Source of the DNA: Eledone cirrhosa
Taxonomy: Eukaryota
Reading direction: 5' to 3'
DNA: 64,000 nt
Assembly: GCA_964016885.1 (NCBI GenBank)
Contig: OZ024744.1
Location: 132,184,001-132,248,000, forward strand
Part shown: positions 51,012-63,656 of the stretch, piece after piece
Numbering within the stretch: the first letter of the stretch is position 1
Layout: each line of letters starts with the position of its first letter
Program-made: the position numbers and the translations under genes
Notes under the pieces: generated by a model
Databases searched by the model: none
Told to the model about the DNA's origin: nothing
The model's input: only the letters and a program-made list of their open reading frames with translations

Positions 51012-53203
51012 AATCGGAGTTACGTTAAGTTGGGGTTAAGTTAAGTTAGGCTTAACTTAAGTTGGGCTTAAGTTAAGTTGGGGGTAAGTTAAGTTGGGGG
51101 TAAGTTAAGTTGGGGTTAATTTAAGTTGGGGTTAAGTTAAGTGGTGGTTATGTTAAGTTGGGGTTAAGTTAAGTTGGGGTTAAATTAAGTTGGGGTTAAG
51201 TTAAGTTGGGTGTAAGTTAAGTTGGGGTTGAGTGAAGTTGGGGTTAAGTTAAGTTGGGGTTAAGTAGAGTTGGGGTTAAGTTAAGTTGGGGTTAAGTTAA
51301 GTTGGTGTTAAGTTGGGGTTAAGTTAAGTTGGGGTTAAGTTGGGGTTAAGTTAAGTGGTGGTTATGTTAAGTTGGGGTTAACTTAAGTTGGGGTTAATTT
51401 AAATTGGGGTTAAGTTAAGTTTGTGGTTAAGTTAAGTTGGGGTTAAGTTAAGTTGGGGTTAAGTTAAGTTGGGGTTGAGGGAAGTTGGGGTTAAGTTAAG
51501 TTGGGGTTAACTTAAGTTGGGTTTAAGTTAAGTTGCGGTTAAGTTAAGTTGGGGTTAATTTAAGTTGGGGTTAAGTTAAGTCGGGGTTAAGTTAAGTTGG
51601 GGTTGAGTTAAGTTGGGGTTAATTTAAGTTGAGGTTATGTTAAGTTGGGGTTAATTTAAGTTGGGGTTAAGTTAAGTTGGGGTTAAGTTAAGTTGGGGTT
51701 AATTTAAGTTGGGGTTAAGTTCAGTTGGGGTTAATTTAAGTTGGGGTTAAGTTAAGTTGGGTTTAAGTTAAGTTGGGGTTAAATTAAGTTGGGGTTAAAT
51801 TAAGTTGGGGTTAAGTTAAGTTGGGGTTAGGTTAAGTTGGGGATAAGTTAAGTTGGGGATAAGCTAAGTTGGGGTTAAGTTAAGTTGGGTTTAAGTTAAG
51901 TTGGGGTTAAGTTAAGTCGGGGTTATGTTAAGTCGGTGTTAAGTTAAGTTAGGGTTAAGTTAAGTTGGGGTTAAGTTAAGTTGGGGTTGAGTTAAGTTGG
52001 GGTTGAGTTAAATTGGGGTTGAGTTAAGTTGGGGTTAAGTTAAGTTGGGGTTAAGTTAAGTTGGGGTTAAGTTAAGTTGGGGTTGAGTTAAGTTGGGGTT
52101 ACTTCAAGTTGGGGCTAAGTTAAGTTGGGGCTGAGTTAAGTTGGGTGTACGTTAAGTTGGGGTTGACTGAAGTTGGGGTTAAGTTAAGTTGGGGTTAAGT
52201 TAAGTTAGGGTTAATTTAAGTTGGGGTTATGTTAAGTTGGGGTTAAGTTAAGTTGGGGTTAAGTAGAGTTGGGGTTAATTTAAATTGGGGTTAAGTTAAG
52301 TTGGTGTTAAGTTGGGGTTAATTTAAGTGGTGGTTATGTTAAGTTGGGGTTAAGTTAAGTTGGGGTTAATTTAAATTGGGGTTAAGTTAACTTTGTGGTT
52401 AAGTTAAGTTGGAGTTAAGTTAAGTTGGAGTTAAGTTAAGTTGGGGTTGAGTGAAGTTGGGGTTAAGTTAAGTTGGGGTTAACTTAAGTTGGGTTTGAGT
52501 TAAGTTGCTGTTAAGTTAAGTTGGGGTTAAGTTAAGTTGGGGTTAAGTTAAGTCGGGGTTAATTTAAGTTGGGGTTAAGTAAAGTTGGGGTTAATTTAAG
52601 TTGGGGTTAAGTTAAGTTTAGGTTAAATTAAGTTGGGGTTAAATTAAGTTGGGGTTAAGTTAAGTTGGGGTTAAGTTAAGTTGGGGTTAAGTTAAGTTGG
52701 GGGTAAGTTAAGTTGGGGGCAAGTTAAGTTGGGGTTAAGTTAAGTTGCGGTTAAGTTAAGTTGGGGTTAAGTTAAGTTGGGTTTAAGTTAAGTTGGGGTT
52801 CAGTTAAGTTGGGGTTAAGTTAAGTTGGGGTTAAGTTAAGTTGGGGTTGAGTTAAGTTGGGGTTTAATTAAGTTGGGGTTGAGTTAAGTTGGGGTTGAGT
52901 TAAGTGGGGGTTGAGTTAAGTTGGGGTTAAGCTAAGTTGGGGTTAAGTTAAATTGAGGTTAAGTTAACTTGGGTTTGAGTTAAGTTGGGGTTAAGTTAAG
53001 TTGGTGTTAAGTTCAGTTCAGGTTAAGTTAACTTGGGGTTAAGTTAAGTTGGGGTTGAGTTAAGTTGGGGTTGAGTTAAGTTGGGGTTAAGTTAAGTTGG
53101 GGTTAACTTAAGTTGGGGTTAAGTTAAGTTGGGGTTAATTTAAGTTGGGGTTCAGTTAAATTGAGGTTAAGATAACTTGGGTTTGCGTTAAGATGGGGTT
53201 AAG

Positions 53204-54025
53204 TTAGGTTTTTCGAAAACCTTATATAATCATTTTTATTTAGGTTCTTCGAAACACCTTATATAATCAATTTTTTTAGGTTTTTCGAAAAACCTTATAT
53301 AATTAATTTTTTTATACTTTTAGAAATATTTATATCTGATTTCAAATATTGGATTTTTTAGGTTTTTCGATAATCAATTTTTTTTAGATTTTTCGAAAAA
53401 TCTTATATAATCAATTTTTTTACGTTTTTAGAAAGACCTTATATAATCAATTTTTTTATACTTTTAGAAATATTTATATCTGATTTCAAATATTGATTTT
53501 TTTTTTAGGTTTTTCGAAATACCTTATATAATCAATTTTTTTTAGGTTTTTCAAATTACTTTATATAATCAATTTTTTTTATCTGATTTCAAATATTGAT
53601 TTTTTTAGCTTTTTCGACAAAATCTTATATAATCAATTTTTTTTAGGTTTTTCGAAAAAGAATGAATTTGAGTTCATAGTCGAAATATATACTTCTGCAT
53701 TAATCTTTTTACGTTTTTTTGATTTTTTTTAAAAAAACGTAAAAAATTAATGCTTTTACAAATCTTTTGAAATATTTACTTTCTAGTTTCAAATTTTGCA
53801 GATTAAATTTTTCTCGAAAAACCTAAAAAATCAGTTGTCGAAATCAGAAGTTAATATTTCGTAAAACGCAATTTGAAAAAACTCATATTAATTTTTTTTC
53901 GAAAACTTATTATATAATCAATTTTTTTATACTTTTAGAAATTTTTATATCTGATTTCAAATATTGATTTTTTTAGGTTTTTCGAAAACCCTATATGATC
54001 AATTTTTTTTAGGTTTTTCAAAAAA
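53204..54025. repeat. AT-rich island, short class (822 bp)
   Basis: Matches 32725-33546 at offset 20479. Confidence 0.95.
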
Positions 54026-56984
54026 GTTACGTTGGGGTTAAGTTAAGTTGGGGTTAAGTTGAGGTTAAGTTAAGTTGTGGTTAAGTTAAGTTGGGGCTAA
54101 GTTAAGTTGGGGCTAAGTTAAGTTGGGGTTAAGTTAAGTTGGGGTTAATTTAAGTTGGGGTTAGGTTAAGTTGGGGATAAGTTAAGTTGGGGATAAGTTA
54201 AGTTGGGGTTAAGTTAAGTTGGGTTTAAGTTAAGCTGGGGTTAAGTTAAGTTGGGGTTAAATTAAGTTGGGGTTAAGTTAAGTTTGGGTTAGGTTAAGTT
54301 GGGGATAATTTAAGTTGGGGATAAGTTAAGTTGGGGTTAAGTTAAGTTGGGTGTAAGTTAAGTTGGGGTTGAGTGAAGTTGGGGTTAAGTTAAGTTGGGG
54401 TTAAGTAGAGTTGGGGTTAAGTTAAGTTGGGGTTAAGTTAAGTTGGTGTTAAGTTGGGGTTAAGTTAAGTTGGGGTTAAGTTGGGGTTAAGTTAAGTGAT
54501 GGTTATGTTAAGTTGGGGTTAACTTAAGTTGGGGTTAATTTAAATTGGGGTTAAGTTAACTTTGTGGTTAAGTTAAGTTGGGGTTAAGTTAAGTTGGGGT
54601 TAAATTAAGTTGGGGTTGAGTGAAGTTGGGGTTAAGTTAAGTTGGGGTTAAGTTAAGTTGGGGTTAACTTAAGTTGGGTTTAAGTTAAGTTGCGGTTAAG
54701 TTAAGTTGGGGTTAAGTTAAGTTGGGGTTAAGTTAAGTCGGGGTTAATTTAAGTTGGAGTTGAGTTAAGTTGGGGTTAATTTAAGTTGAGGTTATGTTAA
54801 GTTGGGGTTAATTTAAGTTGGGGTTAAGTTAAGTTGGGGTTAAGTTAAGTTGGGGTTAATTTAAGTTGGGATTAAGTTCAGTTGGGGTTAAATTAAGTTG
54901 GGGTTAAGTTAAGCTGGGGTTAAATTAAGTTGGGGTTAAGTTAAGTTGGGGTTAAGTTAAGTTGGGGTTAAGTTAAGTTAGGGTTAATTTAAGTTGGGGT
55001 TATGTTAAGTTGGGGTTAAGTTAAGTTGGGGTTAAGTCGAGTTGGGGTTAAGTTAAGTTGGGGTTAGTTAAGTTGAGTTTAAGTTAAGTTGGGGTTAATT
55101 TAAGTTGGGGTTAAGTTAAGTTGGGGTTCAGTTAAGTTGGGGTTAAGTTAAGTTGGGGTTAAGTTAAGTTGGTTTAAGTTAAGTTGGGGTTAGGTTAAGT
55201 TGGGGATAAGTTAAGTTGGGGATAAGCTAAGTTGGGGTTAAGTTAAGTTGGGTTTTAGTTAAGTTGGGGTTAAGTTAAGTTAGGCTTAACTTAAGTTGGG
55301 GTTAAGTTAAGTTGGGGGTAAATTAAGTTGGGGGTAAGTTAAGTTGGGGTTAAGTTAAGTTGGGGTTAAGTTAAGTGGTGGTTATGTTAAGTTGGGGTTA
55401 AGTTAAGTTGGGGTTAAATTAAGTTGGGGTTAAGTTAAGTTGGGTGTAAGTTAAGTTGGGGTTGAGTGAAGTTGGGGTTAAGTTAAGTTGGGGTTAAGTT
55501 AAGTTAGGGTTAATTTAAGTTGGGGTTATGTTAAGTTGGGGTTAAGTTAAGTTGGGGTTAAGTAGAGTTGGGGTTAAGTTAAGTTGGGGTTAAGTTAAGT
55601 TGGTGTTAAGTTGGGGTTAAGTTAAGTTGGGGTTGAGTTAAGTCGGGGTTAAGTTAAGTTGGGGTTGAGTTAAGTTGGGGTTAATTTAAGTTGAGGTTAT
55701 GTTAAGTTGGGGTTAATTTAAGTTGGGGTTAATTTAAGTTGGGGTTAAGTTAAGTTGGGGTTAAGTTGAGGTTAAGTTAAGTTGTGGTTAAGTTAAGTTG
55801 GGGCTAAGTTAAGTTGGGGCTAAGTTAAGTTGGGGCTAAGTTAAGTTGGGGTTAAGTTAAGTTGGGGTTAAGTTAAGTTGGGTTTAATTTAAGTTGGGGT
55901 CAACTTAAGTTGGGGTTAAGTTGAGTTGGGGTTAAATTAAGTTGGGGTTAATTTAAGTTGGGGCTAAGTTAAGTTGGGGCTGAGTTAAGTTGGGGTTAAG
56001 TTAAGTTGGGGTTAAGTTAAGTTGGGGTTAAGTTAATTTTGGGTTAAGTTAAGTTGTGGTTCAGTTAAGTTGGGGTTAAGTTAAGTTTGGGTTAATTTGG
56101 GGTTAAATTAAGTTGGGGTTAAGTTAAGTTGGGGTTAAGTTAAGTTGGGGTTAAGTTAAGTTGGGGTTAATTTAAGTTGGGGTTAAGTTAAGTCGGGGTT
56201 AAGTTAAGTCGGTGTTAAGTTAAGTTAGGGTTAAGTTAAGTTGGGGTTAAGTTAAGTTGGCTTTAAGTTAAGCTGGGGTTAAGTTAAGTTGGGGTTAAAT
56301 TAAGTTGGGGTTAAGTTAAGTTGGGGTTAGGTTAAGTTTGGGTTAGGTTAAGTTGGGGTTAAATTAAGTTGGGGTTAAGTTAAGTTGGGGTTAAGTTAAG
56401 TTGGGGTTAGGTTAAGTTGGGGATAAGTTAAGTTGGGGATAATTTAAGTTGGGGTTAAGTTAAGTTGGGTTTAAGTTAAGCTGGGGTTAAGTTAAGTTGG
56501 GGTTAAATTAAGTTGGGGTTAAGTTAAGTTGGGGTTAAGTTAAGTTTGGGTTAGGTTAAGTTGGGGATTAGTTAAGTTGGGGATAAGTTAAGTTGGGGTT
56601 AAGTTAAGTTGGGTTTAAGTTAAGTTGTGGTTAAGTTAAGTTGGGGTTAAGTTAAGTTGGGGGTTAAGTTAAGTTGGGGTTAGTTAAGTTTAGTTTAAGT
56701 TAAGTTGGGGTTAATTTAAGTTGGGGTTAAGTTAAGTTGGGGTTCAGTTAAGTTGGGGATAAGTCAAGTTGGGGTTAAGTTAAGTTGGGGTTAAGTTAAG
56801 TTGGGGTTAGGTTAAGTTGGGGATAAGTTAAGTTGGGGATAAGCTAAGTTGGGGTTAAGTTAAGTTGGGTTTAAGTTAAGTTGGGGTTAAGTTAAGTTGG
56901 GGTTAAATTAAGTTGGAGATAAGTTAAGCTGGGGTTAAATTAAGTTGGGGTTAAGTTAAGTTGGGGTTAGGTTAAGTTGGGGTT

Positions 56985-57280
56985 AACCCCAACTTAACTT
57001 AACCCCAACTTAACTTAGCCCCAACTTCACTCAACCCCAACTTAACTTAACCCCAACTTCACTCAACCCCAACTTAACTCAACCCCAACTTAAGTTAACC
57101 CCAACTTAACTTAACCCTAACTTAACTTAACCCCGACTTAACTTAACCCCGACTTAACTTAACCCCAACTTAACTTAACCCCAACTTAACTTAACCCCAA
57201 CTTAACTTAATCCCAACTTGACTTAACCCCAACTTAACTCACACCCAACTTAACTTACCCCCAACTTAACTTAACCCCAA
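56985..57280 (-). repeat. Inverted satellite block, type C
   Basis: Copy of 36506-36801 at offset 20479. Confidence 0.95.
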
Positions 57281-60200
57281 AATCGGAGTTACGTTAAGTT
57301 GGGGTTAAGTTAAGTTAGGCTTAACTTAAGTTGGGCTTAAGTTAAGTTGGGGGTAAGTTAAGTTGGGGGTAAGTTAAGTTGGGGTTAATTTAAGTTGGGG
57401 TTAAGTTAAGTGGTGGTTATGTTAAGTTGGGGTTAAGTTAAGTTGGGGTTAAATTAAGTTGGGGTTAAGTTAAGTTGGGTGTAAGTTAAGTTGGGGTTGA
57501 GTGAAGTTGGGGTTAAGTTAAGTTGGGGTTAAGTAGAGTTGGGGTTAAGTTAAGTTGGGGTTAAGTTAAGTTGGTGTTAAGTTGGGGTTAAGTTAAGTTG
57601 GGGTTAAGTTGGGGTTAAGTTAAGTGGTGGTTATGTTAAGTTGGGGTTAACTTAAGTTGGGGTTAATTTAAATTGGGGTTAAGTTAACTTTGTGGTTAAG
57701 TTAAGTTGGGGTTAAGTTAAGTTGGGGTTAAGTTAAGTTGGGGTTGAGGGATGTTGGGGTTAAGTTAAGTTGGGGTTAACTTAAGTTGGGTTTGAGTTAA
57801 GTTGCGGTTAAGTTAAGTTGGGGTTAAGTTAAGTTGGGGTTAAGTTAAGTCGGGGTTAAGTTAAGTTGGGGTTGAGTTAAGTTGGGGTTAATTTAAGTTG
57901 AGGTTATGTTAAGTTGGGGTTAATTTAAGTTGGGGTTAAGTTAAGTTGGGGTTAAGTTAAGTTGGGGTTAATTTAAGTTGGGGTTAAGTTCAGTTGGGGT
58001 TAATTTAAGTTGGGGTTAAGTTAAGTTGGGTTTAAGTTAAGTTGGGGTTAAATTAAGTTGGGGTTAAATTAAGTTGGGGTTAAGTTAAGTTGGGGTTAGG
58101 TTAAGTTGGGGATAAGTTAAGTTGGGGATAAGCTAAGTTGGGGTTAAGTTAAGTTGGGTTTAAGTTAAGTTGGGGTTAAGTTAAGTCGGGGTTATGTTAA
58201 GTCGGTGTTAAGTTAAGTTAGGGTTAAGTTAAGTTGGGGTTAAGTTAAGTTGGGGTTGAGTTAAGTTGGGGTTGAGTTAAATTGGGGTTGAGTTAAGTTG
58301 GGGTTGAGTTAAGTTGGGGTTACTTCAAGTTGGGGCTAAGTTAAGTTGGGGCTGAGTTAAGTTGGGTGTACGTTAAGTTGGGGTTGACTGAAGTTGGGGT
58401 TAAGTTAAGTTGGGGTTAAGTTAAGTTAGGGTTAATTTAAGTTGGGGTTATGTTAAGTTGGGGTTAAGTTAAGTTGGGGTTAAGTAGAGTTGGGGTTAAT
58501 TTAAATTGGGGTTAAGTTAAGTTGGTGTTAAGTTGGGGTTAATTTAAGTGGTGGTTATGTTAAGTTGGGGTTAAGTTAAGTTGGGGTTAATTTAAATTGG
58601 GGTTAAGTTAACTTTGTGGTTAAGTTAAGTTGGAGTTAAGTTAAGTTGGAGTTAAGTTAAGTTGGGGTTGAGTGAAGTTGGGGTTAAGTTAAGTTGGGGT
58701 TAACTTAAGTTGGGTTTGAGTTAAGTTGCGGTTAAGTTAAGTTGGGGTTAAGTTAAGTTGGGGTTAAGTTAAGTCGGGGTTAATTTAAGTTGGGGTTAAG
58801 TTAAGTTGGGGTTAATTTAAGTTGGGGTTAAGTTAAGTTTAGGTTAAGTTAAGTTGGGGTTAAATTAAGTTGGGGTTAAGTTAAGTTGGGGTTAAGTTAA
58901 GTTGGGGTTAGGTTAAGTTGGGGATAAGTTAAGTTGGGGATAAGTTAAGTTGGGGTTAAGTTAAGTTGGGTTTAAGTTAAGTTGGGGTTAAGTTAAGTTG
59001 GGGTTTAATTAAGTTGGGGTTGAGTTAAGTTGGGGTTGACTTAAGTTGGGCTTAAGTTAAGTTGGGGTTAAGTTAAGATGTGGTTAAGTTAAGTTGGGGT
59101 TAAGTTAAGTTGGGGTTAAATTAAGTTGGGGTTAAGTTAAGTTGGGGGTAAGGTAAGTTGGTGGTAAGTTAAGTTGGGGGTAAGTTAAGATGGGGCTAAG
59201 TTAAGTTGGGGTTAAGTTAATTTGGGGTTAAGTTAAGTTAGGGTTAAGTTAAGTTGGGGTTGACTTAAGTTGGGGTTAAGTTAAGTTGGGGTTATGTTAA
59301 GTTGGGTTTAAGTTAAGTTGGGGTTAAGTTAAGTTGGGGTTAAGTTAAGTTGCGGTTAAGTTAAGTTGGGGTTAAGTTAAGTTGGGGTTAAGTTAAGTTG
59401 GGGTTAAGTTAAGTTGGGGTTAATTTAAGTTGGGGTTAAATTAAGTTGGGGTTAATTTAAGTTGGGGGTTAAGATAAGTTGGGGTTAAGTTAAGTTGGGG
59501 TTAAATTAAGTTGGGGTTAAGTTAAGTTGGGGTTAATTTAAGTTGGGGTTAAGTTAAGTTGGGGTTGAGTTAAGTTGGGGGTAAGTTAAGTTGGGGGTAA
59601 GTTAAGTTGGGTGTAAGTTAAGATGGGGTTAAGTTAAGTTGGGGTTAAGTTATTTTGGGGTTAAGTTAAGTTGGGGGTAAGTTAAGTTGGTGATAAGTTA
59701 AGTTGGGGGTAAGTTAAGTTGGGGTTAAGTTAAGTTGGGTTAAGTTGGGGTTAAGTTAAGTTAGGGTTAAGTTAAGTTGGGGTTGAGTTAAGTTGGGGTT
59801 AAGTTAAGAGGTGGTTATGTTCAGTTGGGGTTAAGTTAAGTTGGGGTTAAGTTAAGTTGGGGTTAAGTTAAGTTGGGGTTAAGATAAGTTGGGGTTAAGT
59901 TAAGTTGGGGTTAACTTAATTTGGGTTTAATTTAAGTTGGGGTTAAGTTAAGTTGGGGTTAAATTAAGTTGGGATTAAGTTAAGTTGGGTGTACGTTAAG
60001 TTGGGGTTGACTGAAGTTGGGGTTAAGTTAAGTTGGGGTTAAGTAGAGTTGGGGTTAATTTAAGTTGGTGTTAAGTTAAGTTGGTGTTAAGTTGGGGTTA
60101 AGTTAAGTTGGGGTTAAGTTGGGGTTAAGTTAAGTGGTGGTTATGTTAAGTTGGGGTTAAGTTAAGTTGGGGTTAATTTAAATTGGGGTTAAGTTAACTT

Positions 60201-62262
60201 TGTGGTTAAGTTAAGTTGGAGTTAAGTTAAGTTGGGGTTAAGTTAAGTTGGGGTTGAGTGAAGTTGGGGTTAATTTAAGTTGGGGTTCAGTTAAGTTGGG
60301 GTTAAGTTAAGTTGGGGTTGAGTTAAGTTGGGGTTAATTTAAGTTGAGGTTATTTTAAGTTGGGGTTAAGTTAAGTTGGGGTTAAGTTAAGTTGGGGTTA
60401 AGTTAAGTTGGGGTTAAGTTAAGTTGGGTTTAAGTTAAGTTGGGGTTAAATTAAGTTGGGGTTAAATTAAAGTGGGGTTAAGTTAAGTTGGGGGTAAGTT
60501 AAGTTGGGGGCAAGTTAAGTTGGTGTTAAGTTAAGTTGGGGTTAAGTTAAGTTGGGGTTAAGTTAAGTTGGGTTTAAGTTAAGTTGGGACTAAGTTAAGT
60601 TAGGGCTAAGTTCAGTTGGGGTAAAGTTAAGTTGGGGCTAAGTTAAGTTGGGTATAAGTTGAGTTGGGGTTAAGTTAAGTTGGGGTTAAGTTAAGTTGGG
60701 GTTAAATTAAGTTGGGGTTAATTAAGTTGGGGTTAAGTTAAGTTGGGGTTAAGTTAAGTTGGGGTTAATTTAAGTTGGGGTTGTGTTAATTTGGGGTTAA
60801 GTTAAGTTGGGGTTATATTAAGTTGGGGTTAAGTTAAGTTGGGTTTAAGTTAAGTTGGGGTTAAGTTAAGTTGGGGTTAAGTTAAGTTAGGGTTAATTTA
60901 AGTTGGGGTTATGTTAAGTTGGGGTTAAGTTAAGCTGGGGTTAAGTAGAGTTGGGGTTAATTTAAGTTGGGGTTAAGTTAAGTTGGTGTTAAGTTGGGGT
61001 TAAGTTAAGTTGGGGTTAAGTTGGGGTTAAGTTGAGTGGTGGTTATGTTAAGTTGGGGTTAAGTTAAGTTGGGGTTAAATTAAGTTGGGTTAAATTAAGG
61101 TGGGGTTAAGTTAAGTTGGGGGTAAGTTAAGTTGGGGGCAAGTTAAGTTGGTGTTAAGTTAAGTTGGGGTTAAGTTAAGTTGGGGTTAAGTTAAGTTGGG
61201 TTTAAGTTAAGTTGGGACTAAGTTAAGTTAGGGCTAAGTTAAGTTGGGGTTAAGTTAAGTTGGGGCTAAGTTAAGTTGGGTCTAAGTTGAGTTGGGGTTA
61301 AGTTAAGTTGGGGTTAAGTTAAGTTGGGGTTAAATTAAGTTGGGGTTAATTAAGTTGGGGTTAAGTTAAGTTGGGGTTAAGTTAAGTTGGGGTTAATTTA
61401 AGTTGGGGTTGTGTTAAGTTGGGGTTAACTTAAGTTGGGGATAAGTTAAGTTGGGGTTAAATTAAGTTGGGGGTAAGTTAAGTTGGTGGTAAGTTAAGTT
61501 GGGGTTAAGTTAAGTTGGGGTTAATTTAAATTGGGGTTAATTTAACTTTGTGGTTAAGTTAAGTTGGGGTTTATTTAAGTTGGGTTTAAGTTAAGTTGGG
61601 GTTGAGTTAAGTTGGGGTTGAGTGAAGTTGGGGTTAAGTTAAGTCGGGGTTAATTTAAGTTGGGGTTGAGTTAAGTCGGGGTTAATTTAAGTTGGGGCTA
61701 AGTTAATTTGTGGTTAAGTTAAGTTGGGGTTAAGTTAAGTTGGGGTTAAGTTAAGTTGGGGGTAAGTTAAGTTGGGGGCAAGTTAAGTTGGGGTTAAGTT
61801 AAGTTGCGGTTAAGTTAAGTTGGGGTTAAGTTAAGTTGGGTTTAAGTTAAGTTGGGGTTCAGTTAAGTTGGGGTTAAGTTAAGTTGGGGTTAAGTTAAGT
61901 TGGGGTTGAGTTAAGTTGGGGTTTAATTAAGTTGGGGTTGAGTTAAGTTGGGGTTGAGTTAAGTGGGGGTTGAGTTAAGTTGGGGTTAAGCTAAGTTGGG
62001 GTTAAGTTAAATTGAGGTTAAGTTAACTTGGGTTTGAGTTAAGTTGGGGTTAAGTTAAGTTGGTGTTAAGTTCAGTTCAGGTTAAGTTAACTTGGGGTTA
62101 AGTTAAGTTGGGGTTGAGTTAAGTTGGGGTTGAGTTAAGTTGGGGTTAAGTTAAGTTGGGGTTAACTTAAGTTGGGGTTAAGTTAAGTTGGGGTTAATTT
62201 AAGTTGGGGTTCAGTTAAATTGAGGTTAAGATAACTTGGGTTTGCGTTAAGATGGGGTTAAG

Positions 62263-63656
62263 TTAGGTTTTTCGAAAACCTTATATAATCATTTTTATTT
62301 AGGTTCTTCGAAACACCTTATATAATCAATTTTTTTAGGTTTTTCGAAAAACCTTATATAATTAATTTTTTTATACTTTTAGAAATATTTATATCTGATT
62401 TCAAATATTGGATTTTTTAGGTTTTTCGATAATCAATTTTTTTTAGATTTTTCGAAAAATCTTATATAATCAATTTTTTTACGTTTTTAGAAAGACCTTA
62501 TATAATCAATTTTTTTATACTTTTAGAAATATTTATATCTGATTTCAAATATTGATTTTTTTTTTAGGTTTTTCGAAATACCTTATATAATCAATTTTTT
62601 TTAGGTTTTTCAAATTACTTTATATAATCAATTTTTTTTATCTGATTTCAAATATTGATTTTTTTAGCTTTTTCGACAAAATCTTATATAATCAATTTTT
62701 TTTAGGTTTTTCGAAAAAGAATGAATTTGAGTTCATAGTCGAAATATATACTTCTGCATTAATCTTTTTACGTTTTTTTGATTTTTTTTAAAAAAACGTA
62801 AAAAATTAATGCTTTTACAAATCTTTTGAAATATTTACTTTCTAGTTTCAAATTTTGCAGATTAAATTTTTCTCGAAAAACCTAAAAAATCAGTTGTCGA
62901 AATCAGAAGTTAATATTTCGAAAAACGCAATTTGAAAAACTCATATTAATTTTTTTTCGAAAACATTATATAATCAATTTTTTAGAAATATTTATATCTG
63001 ATTTCAAATATTGATTTTTTTAGGTTTTTCGAAAACCCTATATAATCAATTTTTTTGTACTTTTAGAAATATCTATATCTGATTTCATGTATTGATTTTT
63101 TTATATTTTTCGAAAAAGCTTAGATAATCAATTTTTTTAGGTCTTTCGAAAACATTATATAATCAATTTTTTTTTAGGTTTTTCGAAAAAACCTTATATA
63201 ATCAATTTTTTTTAGGTTTTTCAAATATTGATTTTTTTAGCTTTTTCGACAAAATCTTATATAATCAATTTTTTTTAGGTTTTTCGAAAAAGAATGAATT
63301 TGAGTTCATAGTCGAAATATATACTTCTGCATTAATCTTTTTACGTTTTTTTGATTTTTTTTAAAAAAACGTAAAGAATTAATGCTTTTACAAATCTTTT
63401 GAAATATTTACTTTCTAGTTTCAAATTTTGCAGGTTAAATTTTTCTCGAAAAACCTAAAAAATCAGTTGTCGAAATCAGAAGTTAATATTTCGTAAAACG
63501 CAATTTTAAAAACTCATATTAATTTTTTTTCGAAAACTTATTATATAATCAATTTTTTTATACTTTTAGAAATATTTATATCTGATTTCAAATATTGATT
63601 TTTTTAGGTTTTTCGAAAACCCTATATAATCAATTTTTTTTAGGTTTTTCAAAAAA
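62263..63656. repeat. AT-rich island, medium class (1394 bp)
   Basis: Matches 44701-46094 at offset 17562, with the same two private substitutions. Confidence 0.95.
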
